The notes under the pieces were generated by a model, which saw only the letters and a program-made list of their open reading frames with translations, ran no database searches and was not told the origin of the DNA. DNA of 64,000 nt from Prorocentrum cordatum (taxonomy: Eukaryota), in the NCBI GenBank assembly GCA_963575745.1, contig CAUYUJ010000275.1, positions 1-64,000 on the forward strand, written 5' to 3'. This document shows, piece by piece, positions 48,390 through 59,310 of the stretch. The position numbers and the translations under genes are program-made. Positions within the stretch are counted from its first letter, which is position 1; every line of letters begins with the position of its first letter.

Positions 48390-51300
48390 ACGTAACGCTG
48401 GAGTCGGGGAAGCATTCCAGATCCTCTAGGTTGTAGTGGGCGTAGGCGTACTGTATAAAATCATCTTCTAGATCCCTTCATAACTGTTGATCTTCTGCAA
48501 TTGGTAAGCATTGGTTGTTGTGTTCCTGGTCGTCGCGGTCTTCACGCGTGCCACTGGCCCGTAAGAAGTACATGCTGTCGTTTGCCCATCGCTTTCGTTG
48601 ACCTCCGTGCCGCATGTGCGCTGGGCGCGGGTCGTGTGAGCGTGGTTCCCATGAAGCAGCTAAGAAAGTCCACCTGTCGCAATCGTGTGTCGCCACACGG
48701 GATGCCCACTTCCATTCCTATTTGAAATATAGGACAATCCATTTTTCAACTTGGGCTCGGGAAGCATGGTCCGTGGCTTCGCGCGTGGCTCGTCGAATGT
48801 AGTCGGCCCATGGCTCCTTTCCGTCATCATTCCTCTCATCGCTGTTGCTGGCTGTGTAGTTCGGGTTGTTTGCTGTCGGCGTCGGTCATGTCGTGGTGGC
48901 GGTCGTCGTCGGAGGCGTCGGGCGCGCGCTGGCGTTGTTCGTTGCGTCTCCGCGGCACTCCCGTGACAAGCCTGAGCATTTTCCGTTGGACGCGCCTGAG
49001 TATGAGAAGCATCTCCTTTGTCAGAGTCCAGGATGAGCACCGTACAACACGGATGGCGTGACAGTGCCATTGAACAACCTCAATCAACTATGGAGCGGGA
49101 AGCGTTTGTTGGTCAAGTCGTAACGCAGCTGATTGAAACGGGCCCACCCTGCGGCAATCCTGTTGTGCAGCTCTGTGTCATGAAATTCGTGAAGAGTGAG
49201 CTTTCTTCCCAAGTGCTTCGTTCCGTGGCTGGAATGGAAGATGCTGGTGCTGTCGCCGCTGATGTCGACAAGGGTGATTGTTCTCCTCTCTCTCCGGCTA
49301 ATGTTCGTCATGATCTTCGTCTTTTCCGGATGTAGTAACAGACCACATTTCGCTGCGTGGGTTTGTGCGTCGCGAAGTAAGAAGGTGAGCTGTCTTAGGT
49401 TGGTGGCGTGCAACAACACGTCGTCGGCGAAACGCAGATTTGCAATCCGCGCTTGTGCTGAATAGCTAAGGTGGGTGCCGACTTTCATTTCGTAACTAAA
49501 CAGGTTTCGCTCGTCTGAACACGTGCTCTAAGACGGCGTTGAAAAGGACAGAGCTCAGCAGGTCTCCCTGTTTAACGCCCCGTTCGATATTGAAGACTCT
49601 GCTGTTGGTGTCCGTCCGAGCTGTACCAGTTTGGGTGCTATATGAATATCGCAGGAAGGTGATGTAAGCGCGAGGTGTATGTTGCTGTCGTAGAGCGTCC
49701 CACATACAGTCGTGGTCAACACAGTCAAATGCTTTCTTGAAAGTTATTGCGGCGGCCCAGAGCGGCAGCTGCCATTCGTAAGAGCTCTCATGATGCATTG
49801 TTGTGGTGAACAAGTGGTCCTCTGTGTTGTAGTTATTGCGGGAACCTGCTTGGTCTGGGCATTGTTGCGAGTCGAACAAGACGCTGAGCTGGTTGCAAAG
49901 GAGGCGAGACATCAGCTTATACAGCAGAGGGATGATGGCAAGTGATCTGTAAGTGCCCGATTGTCTGGGGTCACCAGACTTGCGCATTGCAGTGATGGCG
50001 GTGCTCTTCCGTTGGTCTGGCGGGGGGCGATCTGGCTTGATGGTGTCGTTGTATAATCGAAGTCGATGACGCTGTAAGGAGGTGCCTTCTGCATTGAGCA
50101 ATTCTGCCGTGAGCCCAGCGGTGTCGCTGCACCTGCCGTTCTTGAGTTGTTTGATTGCTTGGGGGAGCTCGCTTGCTGTGGAAGGTCTGATGGTCGAGTC
50201 GTCGTGCGTCTGCAGGCGGGTGTTGCCGGTGCTGGCTACGCGGTGCGGGTCCTTGTGCAGCTTCTCGTAAAAAGTCGCGAATACGTCTGCAATGCTTTGT
50301 CGATATGTCTCGTCGATACCTTCAGCTAAGGTCATTGATGGAATCATACTTTTGCGCCTGCTGGTTTTCAAACCAGAAATTTTCTTCAGTCCTTTGAATT
50401 GGCAGACGATCTCCTCGAGCTCGGCATTCATCTCGGCACGCTTGATAGCCCTTGTCTGTTGAACACATTGTTTGCTAAGGGATATTCGGGCAGTTGTGTC
50501 TCGTGGTGCGGTTTCGCGTCTTTGTTGGATGAGTGCCTCGAGCCGTGCTGTCGGTCCGTCGTTGGAACATCCTTGAAGGTCTCCGGCTGATTGCTCTCGG
50601 CGTTCCTGGTAATCCTTGCTTGTAAGCTTGAGCCGCTCACCGCTGTCATGGTGCCTACTGTCCACGTCGGCGCTGTGGTTGTGGTCGCTCAGATGCTGTT
50701 GCAAGCATTGCTGGAAAAATGGGTCGTCGGCTGGGGGATGGGATCGCGTGCCGCGGTGCGGTTGATTCCTTTTCCTTTGTTTTCGGTCGTGGCCTCAAGG
50801 TCCATCTTGACGTGCGCAGCTTGGTGATCGGATCCGAGGTCTGGAACGTTGGAGGCGTGCGAGTCGACCACTTGGTATCGTCGTGCCCGGTCTACCAAAA
50901 TGTAATCAATGTGCGAATGTGTCGTTTTTTTTGCCACTGCTTGTGTAGGTGAACAAAATGTGGTAGCGTTTGTAGAAACATGTCTTTGCAATTATCAGTT
51001 TCCGTGTATTAGACCATGCACGGAACCATGTTCCTCTTGGGCTGCACAAGCCCAAACCAACTTTGCCGACAGTATGTTTGCGGCTCATGTGATCTGGTAT
51101 TTCGTCGTCGTCGCCCCCCTTTATCGCCATTTATATTGGCAGGCATTGACATGTCAAACAATAATGCATGTCCGCTTGGATTGCACGGCGTCGTCGTGAA
51201 TCACTCCCAAATGGTCGTACATATGCTGTATGTGTACATCCGCGTAGCCGGAGTGGGGGAAATATGCAGTCACGATCCTGATGTGCTGTCTTGGGAAGTT

Positions 51301-51580
51301 GATATCGATGTAAGCGATTCGCTCGTTGATAGCTTGAAACGTTTGACCTGTTGGACGCGTCGCCGATGAACGAGAAATGCGACTCCGCGTGGCGCATCCG
51401 CATGGCCCGATGCTGCGAATAAGTGCTTCCCGCGTTTTGTGCTCCACATCTCGCGAGATTCCGTTATCCATGTCTCGTTGATGGTAAGTGCGTCCCAACG
51501 TGCGCCGTCCAATTCGTGCAACAGTGCATCTATCGAGTTATCAGTTGTGAGGCTTCGTGCGTTTTTGTGTATGATGGTGA
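48390..51580 (-). pseudogene. RTE-like APE endonuclease plus reverse transcriptase with stops and frameshifts
   Basis: KNARSL, INETW, GVAFLV, TAYFPH, HIDYIL, GSDH; KSGD..YRSLAIIPLLYKL, DQAG, FKKAFD, RGVKQGDLLS, LRFADD, HPEKTK, KHLG, RIAAGW, QRKMLR, LEDDF. Confidence 0.92.
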
Positions 51581-53315
51581 GTACTTGGGTTGACGATGGA
51601 TGCGGTGTTGGAGTATGCTGGTCGTGTTTACCACCGTCATTGCCATCCCGTTGGTGGTTTCGGTGTGTGCTGACGGGGACGTCGCCGTCGACTGTGCTGT
51701 ATCTGTCTCAGGTTGGGCTGGTGTTGCTGCTCACTTGTGCTATTGTTGCTGCTGTCCAGTAGTGAACGGTGGGGCTGGTCGATGGTGGCAGTGGCAGGTC
51801 GGAGATCGATCGGTGGAGGTGGTGGTGGCGTGAAGTCGGATGGTGGTGGCTGGAGGTCGGAGCGTTGGGTTGGTGGAGGCCGGTGGCCAGTGGGTTGAGG
51901 CGGGGGTGGGAGGTCGGATGCTGGAGGCTGGCGGCGGGGCCGCTGAGATGGTGAAGGTGAGAAGTCGATAGGTGGAAATGGTAGTCGTGGGAGGTCGGGT
52001 GCTGGAGGCTGGAGGTCGCGATGTTGGGCTGCCAGAGGTCGAAGGTCGAAAGGTGGAGATGGTGGTGGTTGGAGGTTGGATGCTGGAGGTCGGGGCCAGG
52101 AAATTGTGAGAGCTGGAGGCCCATATGTGGTGGAAGTCGGAAGTCGGGAGCTGGTGGCTGGAGGTGGGGGCGTGGAGATGGCTGGGGTTTGAAATCGATA
52201 GGTGGCGATAGCGGTGGTGAGAGGCCGGGTAGAACAGGGAAGTCGGGCGGAAGCTGGAGGTTTGAAAACTGAGGTTGGAGGACGACTGGTGTAGGCTAGA
52301 GTCGGAAGCCGGCTGCCGCCGGCTGGAAATCTGAACGATAACCTGGCTGGTGTCGGTAGCCCTTTTCGTGTAGATGCAACGCCGAACCGGCGCGGATATG
52401 AGAGGAGCTCGTACCTGAGGTTGGAAGGGCAGCTGCGCGCCTTGGTGTCGGAGCCCCGGTCGATGGCGTTGTCGCTGTATCCGCCGGTGGTGAAACGCAA
52501 GGAAAAATAATGCAGCAGCGCGGTTGGGACATGTACGGGTGGGGGTAAGATGAGGGAGGAGGATGGGCCTCAGCATGTGGTAGATTGTGAAAGCGGGCAA
52601 CAAGAGTTCGATGGGATCGCTGTCGTCTGCCTTCCAAGCACCTGCTGCGCGAAGGCAGCACTAACGGCGGCCTCGATGGAGTCAGCTGACGACGCAGCCC
52701 CAGCTCCAGTGGCAGCAGCTGCAAGGCCCGCCTTGGCGCGCGCAGCGCCTCATCAAGGATCAACACGGCCTTGAAGTGGGTCAGCTGCGAAAGGTTCGCC
52801 CAGCTCGTTGTCGGGGAAGGCCGCCGCAATCTCGATCTCATGGGCCATGACTGGCGTGAGACGTGAGTAAGTCTCCACAGCGCCAGGACCACGGTGACCA
52901 CCGCGAACGCCAAGAGGAGCGTTTGCACCACGACAGTGGGTTGGGGGAGAGGAACGGCCGCCATGTCGACAGTTCCTGCTGCGTGAGCGGGAGTATGAGT
53001 AGTACCGATCTTGGCGACGACGGCGATGCTTGTCTTCTTTACGGCGACGGCGCGCACGGCAGTCCCGAGCAGAGACTCCGCTGTTGCTCCTGGAAGGGTC
53101 AGAGACCTCATCGCTCGGCACGTGCCGTGGCGCGCCGTGGAAGAGATGTGTGAGAAGTAACAGTGGCAGAAGAGCAGCGCCTGCAGCCTAGGAGTGGGTG
53201 CCGCAGACACTGACGCTGGCCGAGATCGCGAGAAAAAAAATGTTGCGGGGCAGCTCGCCTCGAGCCAGCCCCTCGGCTGCAGGCAAGTGCGAATCCGCAG
53301 GGCCGCGGTTTCGCA

Positions 53316-53336
53316 TTTGAGCCAAAATGGTTACGG
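53316..53336 (-). other. Dinoflagellate spliced-leader (DinoSL) relic
   Basis: CCGTAACCATTTTGGCTCAAA versus canonical (D)CCGTAGCCATTTTGGCTCAAG, 19/21 identical; no GT donor follows, so not an SL RNA gene. Confidence 0.85.
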
Positions 53337-53999
53337 GAGGAATAGGAGGAGCCCAGCGTACGAAAGATCCTCCTTGCCTGCCTACCCACTCCCGCACCAC
53401 GGCCGCGCCTCGACGCGCATGATGACGTCGGGCGGCGGGCGGGGCCGCGGAGGGTGCGAGGGCGCACCAGACATGAGCTGGTCGGCCTGAACTGTGCCGA
53501 ATGCGACGTGCACGTCGTTAGCCGCTCTTTCAATCAAAGGATGAGCGAGAGGAGCAGCATCGAGGGGACGGGTGGGGAAACAAATAGTATTGGCACCAAC
53601 GATATCGAGAGGCATGACAGGCGCAAACGCGGAGGGAAGGGGAGCAGGCGGGGGGCAAGCAGAGGCAGGGGCAGCGCTCGGGAGCGAAGGACGGGTGGGG
53701 GGAGGGCCAGCAAGCTCTGGCTCGGCTGAGGAGGGCGGCGGGTGAGGGAGAGGCGTGGCCTGAGCGGCCAGCGGAAGGGCGACGGACGTGCGTGGGGGAC
53801 AAGATAAAGCAGGCTGCTCATTTTCCGAAGCACACTCAGAGGGCAACGGTGGGGGCGACATCAGAGCCGTCGGCGACACCGAAGGGGAGCGCGTCATCGG
53901 AGAGCACGTGGACATCGGAGTTGGGGAGCGCTCGGAAGCCGGTGACGATGATCGCGCCGAACGTCGAGCAGCCACCACATTCCCAGGATTTCGTCCGAC

Positions 54000-54305
54000 A
54001 CGTGGCGACTGCGAGCCCGAACACGACAACGGGACTTGCGATCTAACGCCGACGGACCAGCGTCCCGAATCACGGCAACGTTCTTGTGGCGACGGCGAGC
54101 CCGAACATGACAACGGGACTTGCATTCTAACGCCACGGGAGAGATGCTCCCCATCGAGGCAGCGAACACGCGGCGACGTGTAGCCCGAACACGACAACGG
54201 GTCTTGCGATCTAACGCCTGGGCCCAGCTGGGGCGTCCCGAGGCAACCAGCACATGGCGACAGTGAGCCCGAACACGACAACGGGACTTGCGATCTAACG
54301 CCGAT
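54000..54305. repeat. Four ~84-87-bp tandem units inside the LINE 3' region
   Basis: GCCCGAACA(C/T)GACAACGGG.CTTGC..TCTAACGCC four times; translate as VRxQxPLSCSG on the minus strand. Confidence 0.9.
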
Positions 54306-54800
54306 GGGAGGCGACGAGGCATGCGAACCCGTAGATGACAGCGTCACTGGCGGGGACGGCGTCACACAAGCGCAGGGCGAAATTGGGGCCGGCGACGAAA
54401 TTGATGAGCAGGCGGACGCCATCAGTGAAGTTCTCAACGGCATTGATGGAGATGGGGCCGCTCTCAGAGTTGATGGGGAACGCGCCATCGACGGGGGCGC
54501 GGAGGAAGGTGGGGGGGAGGTCGCCGAAGCCGAAGGAGAGCAAGTAGCTGGCGGCGTCGCTGGAAGCTGAAGATCATCATCAGCGTCGGAGTCCGACGGG
54601 ATCGTGGCGATGGCTGTGGAGACGGTGGCCGTGTCGCTGTCCGACGACGAAACGGCAGGAGTAAGCCGTGGAGACGACCCCGAGGATGAAGATGACGAAG
54701 AACTGCTGATGAGGTAGTCCCGTCGGCCGAGCTGCTCGCGGTCGATCTCCGAGCACTTCAGCGGTGACGCGAGCTGCATCGAACGTACACCAGCGAGAGT

Positions 54801-55863
54801 TCAGCTGCGGAGGAGGGACGGGGACAGGGGCCACACGGGCGCCAGCCTCGCTTCGTTGTACATGTTGTATGCGGCAGCCATCGCCGAGAAGGTGGCCAGC
54901 GAGGGTTCAGATAGGCCCCATCTGGTCATCCACGGGAGCGGGAACGGTCTCGCGAGAGCCTGCCGAAGGGCACGGTGCATGACAGGGCATCTCGCGTAGT
55001 GCCGCAACGAGTCGAGTTTGCCAAGACAACCAAATACGCAGTGCTTCTGGCCGTCAGGTGAGATGATACGGGCCGAAGTCATCCAGCCATCAGACCAAGT
55101 GCGCAGGACGGCCATGGCCCACGAGCACGGGCAGCGGGCGAGGACGCTCTTGCACTCGCCCCAGTCGATGTTCAAAAGGAGGCCCGCCGACCTGCCAGCG
55201 AACTTCCTCAGGCGGAGCACGAAGAGGTCAGTGATAGGCTTGTTCAGCATCGCAAAGGCCCGCAGCGCTTCGTGAGCAGCTCTCTGAGGTCGAGGACGAA
55301 GTCGGCCGCTCTCACGAAGTTCAGCCAGCGCAGCGTCGGCAGCACGAGCACCAAAGACGGCCAGCGGGCCAGGGGGAGGGGTGCCAGCGGCGGCCAGCTC
55401 CAAATTCTCCACAAAGGCGGGGGCCAACCAGAAGGACGGGTACGGCTTGCCGGTCGCCAGCATGGACAGGGTGGCATCGTACGGGGCGGAGCGCGCGTGG
55501 TTCCGCAACTGCAGGAGGAGCCTCTCCCAGTCTGGGAAAGTGTGCAGCGCAGCTCGAGTGATGGTGGCGACGGCCAGGTGCCCCCACCGCGTGCAGCGCG
55601 GGCCGCCCCACTGAGCGATCTGCGTCCAGAAGTCGAGGGCGAAAGTGCCGAGCGGGATGCGGAACACCTGCGCGAGCGTCGCCAACTCAGGCTGCAACAC
55701 TGACGATGGCGGCCAGCAGAATTGGGCAACGTAAGATATGGTCGTGACTGCCCGAGTATTGTACAGTGTAGCGGAGAGGCTGGCAGGAGTGGTTCCCCGC
55801 CCGATGGCTTGGGCCCTGAGACGCAATTTGGCGACGGGGTCAATCCAAGAGGTGGACGGAACA
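54801..55863 (-). pseudogene. C-terminal part of LINE ORF2 (post-RT region and CCHC knuckle)
   Basis: Open frame SWIDPVAKL...WSDGWMTSAR...CVFGCLGKLDSLRHYARC; the upstream part of the track ORF is only microsatellite. Confidence 0.8.
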
Positions 55864-55875
55864 ACGGGAGGAATA

Positions 55876-56155
55876 GGAGGAGGAGGAGGAGGAGGAGGAG
55901 GAGGTGGAGGAGGAGGAGGAGGTGGAGGAGGAGGAGGAGGAGGGGGAGGAGGAGGAGGAGGAGGAGGAGGAGGAGGAGGAGGAGGAGGAGGGGGGGAAGG
56001 GAGGGAGGGAGGGAGGGAGGGAGGAAAGCGAGAGAGAGAGAGAGGGAGGATGAGGGACTGAGGAGGCAAGAGGAGGAGAAGGAGGAGGAGAAGGAGGGGG
56101 CAGCGAGGGAAGAAAGAAGGAGGGAGGAGGGAGGGAGGAGGAAAGGAGGGAAGGA
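55876..56155. repeat. (GGA)n microsatellite
   Basis: Directly visible. Confidence 0.95.
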
Positions 56156-56631
56156 CTCCCTCGCTGCGGAAGCCGCCCGGCTCCTCGGCCACCAGGGACC
56201 GTGCTTCCTGCCTGCGCAACACGTTCAGCATCTCGGGCAGCGGGGCGAGGGGATGGCCAAGCCGACGAGACGAGAAACAACGGGCCCACAGAGCAGGGAT
56301 GAGACGAAAGTGGCAGATGCAGAGGCGGGGCGAGGGGACAAGAATTGGCGGTGCAACCAGCCCCTGGGCGCACCCGTCGCAACCAAACTGCTCGCACGCC
56401 GTGAGCAGCGCAAACTCAACACGCGCTTTGGGATTTCTGCAGCATGCGGCCCGACCGCGCGAGCAGCATGCTCACCGCGCATGCATCGCATGGTCTACGC
56501 CCGCGTCGGGCTCATTGCGCGCAGAGCGCGCTCACGCTGTGATCTATCGTCCCCCTGTCCACATGACGAGGTCGGTGCCTAATGGACTCGTCAACTAGTG
56601 TACCTTGAGCGCGCAGAGGAACGTCCTACGC

Positions 56632-56885
56632 ATCAAGGCTCATGCAGCCGCGCCGTGGCTGCTAAAAAGGTCGCGGGATTATTTAGTCTGGCGCGCGGGC
56701 GCCATAACTTTGTTTGTTTATGGAGTTTATTTTCCGATCAAAGCTCATGCAGCCGCGGCTGCTACAACGGATCGCGGGATGATTTAATTCGCCTGGCGCG
56801 CGGGCGCCGGACATTTATTTGTTTATGGAACTTCCTATGAGATCAAAGCTCACGCAACCGTGGCTGCTAGAATGACTGCGGGCTC
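56632..56885. repeat. 105-bp tandem repeat, about 2.4 copies
   Basis: ATCAA(G/A)GCTCA(T/C)GCA at 56632, 56737, 56842. Confidence 0.85.
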
Positions 56886-57124
56886 CTTGCAAGACCCGAT
56901 GTGCCGAAATTCTGGGAACGCTCTTGGTCGCTTCTGGGCGATCTCGGCGTGTGTGTGTGTGTGTGTGTGTGTGCCGCGTGAGCCAACATTATAGAAGCAC
57001 CCAGGCAGCAGGCACATGCGATAGGACACCATGCTAGAAGAAATCTAGGGGCATCTCCTTCTTCGAATCTCTAAGCTTCGCAAGGTGCCCCGGGGCTCTG
57101 CAGCCCCATCGGGGGATAGGGGAT

Positions 57125-57730
57125 CCCACCAGCCCTCTGGGCGTGAGTGGTCAGGACGCTCGTTCTGCTAACGTTTTTCTTCCCCTTCGGGGAGGTGGTT
57201 CCCCCTCCCCCTCCCCCCTCACTCTGGGTTTGGACCCCCCCCCGCGAGGTGTCAGAGAGTCCTACTTGGCCCCCGGTGTCTCCTAGAGGATCCCAGAGAG
57301 CCCGAGATGGCCTCCAAGATCACTCAAGATACCCCAAAATGGTCCAAGATAGCCTTCCACATGTCTCCAAGAGCCCTCACGATCGCCCCAGGACGGCTCC
57401 AAGTCCCCTCCGAGCCTCCCAAGGAGGCCTCCAAGAAGCCAAACTCATTCAAAACCAGTGTTTTTGTTTAACCATTTCGGCCGTGTCGCGTTTTCGTTTC
57501 CGATGGCCTCTTGAGGTCTCAAGATGGCCCCAACATGACCCCAGAGGGCCCCAGGAGGAGCCCAGGATGGCCCCAAGACCAACACAAGAAAGCCCAAGAG
57601 CGCCCCAAGAGCGGCCACAAGAGGGCCCAAGTGAGCCCCAAGAGGGCCACAAGAGGGCCCCAAGAGGGCCCCCGAGGCCTTCATAAGGGCCCCAAGAGGC
57701 CCAAAAATACCTCCAAGACGCTCCCACCAG
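57125..57730 (+). repeat. Double-hairpin head copy 3 followed by CCAAGA-rich body
   Basis: Same organisation as 5224-5500. Confidence 0.75.
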
Positions 57731-57779
57731 AGCAAAGGATCTGCAAAGGCCTGGATGGTTGACTCCTGTCGTCGTCGTT

Positions 57780-57810
<31 letters not shown>

Positions 57811-58499
57811 TCGTCGTCGTTGTCGTCGTCGTCGTTCTGTTCGTCGTCGCCGTCCCTCTTTAGTACGCTGCATCCTGCTTCACTTCCCTGATCAAGGAAA
57901 CTTGCCTGGGCACCGTCACTGAAACTGCCACGGGTTTACCATGTACGCGGTGGTAGGGGACAAACGCCTCCCGCGGCTCCTTGGGTTGAGTGAAGGCTGC
58001 CTGTCGTCACTCCCTGCTTGCTAGATGCGCGCGCGTCGTCGGTTTTCGCGCGCCCGAAACAACGCGCGCACGGCGAGCAATGACAGGCAACCGCTCTACC
58101 AAGGCGGCCCTGGGTACGCACGACGTAAAACAGGCAACGCACGCACCGACATGCAACCACTCCATCGGGGCAACTCGCCTGGCGTCTGTTTTTGGATGGG
58201 CTGCTGGGGATATTTTTCGGTCGCGGCCGCGAGCGAAGAGCGCAGGCGGCAACAGAAGCTGTCCGGGGCACGGAAACATACCTAAGTAGCTGCAGGGCGC
58301 GGAACGGGCCGGCCGGGCCAGCTCACAAGGCGGCCGCTGAGGCAGCAGGGTGAGGGCGCTGCTGGGGAAACTTTTTTTTTTACAGCCGCAGGCGGAAGCG
58401 CCAGCGGCGGGCGGTCGCGGTCGGGCTGCGGCCGCGACTAACGGCGGGCGCGCGCGAGGCCGCGGTCAGGCGGCAGGCAGCAACGACCCAGGGCGTCAG

Positions 58500-59310
58500 A
58501 GCCAGGCGTGCAATCCAGGGAGTCTGCAGGGCAGCCCCTGACTGCTGGGGAAACGCGACGCGTCAAGAAATATCATGGCGCACCCGTTGGCAGGCCAACT
58601 TCTGGGCAATTTGGGCCTCAACGGTTGCGCCGGGACAGGTGCCCAAGACCCTTCCCCCTGGAGGCTTCCAAGTCTGCTGCTAAGGGCCCAGAGGCTCCAA
58701 GCGCGTGGCGTGATAGGTCGCGGGCAACATATTTTAAACTGGGCGGCCACACCTCGTACCTCCAGTGGGATCCTTCGTAAATCAATGCGCAATGTCTGCA
58801 ATAGACAACGGTGTAGCAACGAAGTGGCGTGATCATCTGCGATGCGCGGCAGTGCAGATGCCGTTCATAGACCAAGTGTCCTAAACCAATGTCAAATGCA
58901 ATCGCGAAATGCACGGGCGCCCAGGTTGCGAGACGTCGCTGCCGTGAGAGCGACCAATGCCTGAAACGTAAGACTGGGAGTGTGCAGACAACAAACCCGA
59001 AACGAGAGAGGGCAAGATAAGGATTTGCACGCCAGATGTGTACGATGTCCAAGAGTAGTGCCTGCTCACGTGGAGCAAGAGTAGCCACCCTTCGGAACCC
59101 GTCAGTGAACCGTTCTTGTCGTCACAGATGTGCTGCCTGATGGGCCCCGAGTGATAGCAAATGCTGCTCCAGATGGGCAAACAGTGCTGTTGGACATCGT
59201 GCCCACCTTTCCTGTCCTGATTCTGGGCGCGCGGAGAGGAGGATTGGAGATATATGGCCAATTCCAGAAACTCCGAATCTAAAACATTGCATCTCTCGGA
59301 GGCGCATCGT
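58500..59310 (-). pseudogene. Possible very decayed LINE RT fragment
   Basis: FAITRG/IRQ, LLDIV and LKYV fall in roughly RT motif order but no intact catalytic motif. Confidence 0.25.

Larger units (their letters stand above)
48146..53336 (-). mobile_element. Full-length decayed RTE-like LINE starting at a DinoSL copy
   Basis: APE-RT ORF remnants 48390-51580, ~1.7 kb 5' region, SL at 53316-53336, (CCT)n on both sides once the nested LINE is removed; the SL-to-ORF link is inferred. Confidence 0.65.
53352..55863 (-). mobile_element. 5'-truncated LINE with exact 19-bp target-site duplication
   Basis: ACGGGAGGAATAGGAGGAG at 53333-53351 and 55864-55882; encodes post-RT region YNTRAVTTISYVAQF and CVFGC..DSLRHYARC knuckle. 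Confidence 0.85.

Noticed and set aside
53255..53285. Second tandem SL relic (GCAGCC...TGGCTCGAG on minus strand)
   Set aside because: Too degenerate to distinguish from chance
53316..53336. SL RNA gene
   Set aside because: No GT splice donor or SL intron after the exon; two mismatches to the canonical SL
54000..54305. CRISPR-like repeat-spacer pattern (conserved ~37 bp plus variable ~50 bp)
   Set aside because: The variable parts are related to each other, the array lies inside a TSD-bounded LINE and keeps its reading frame
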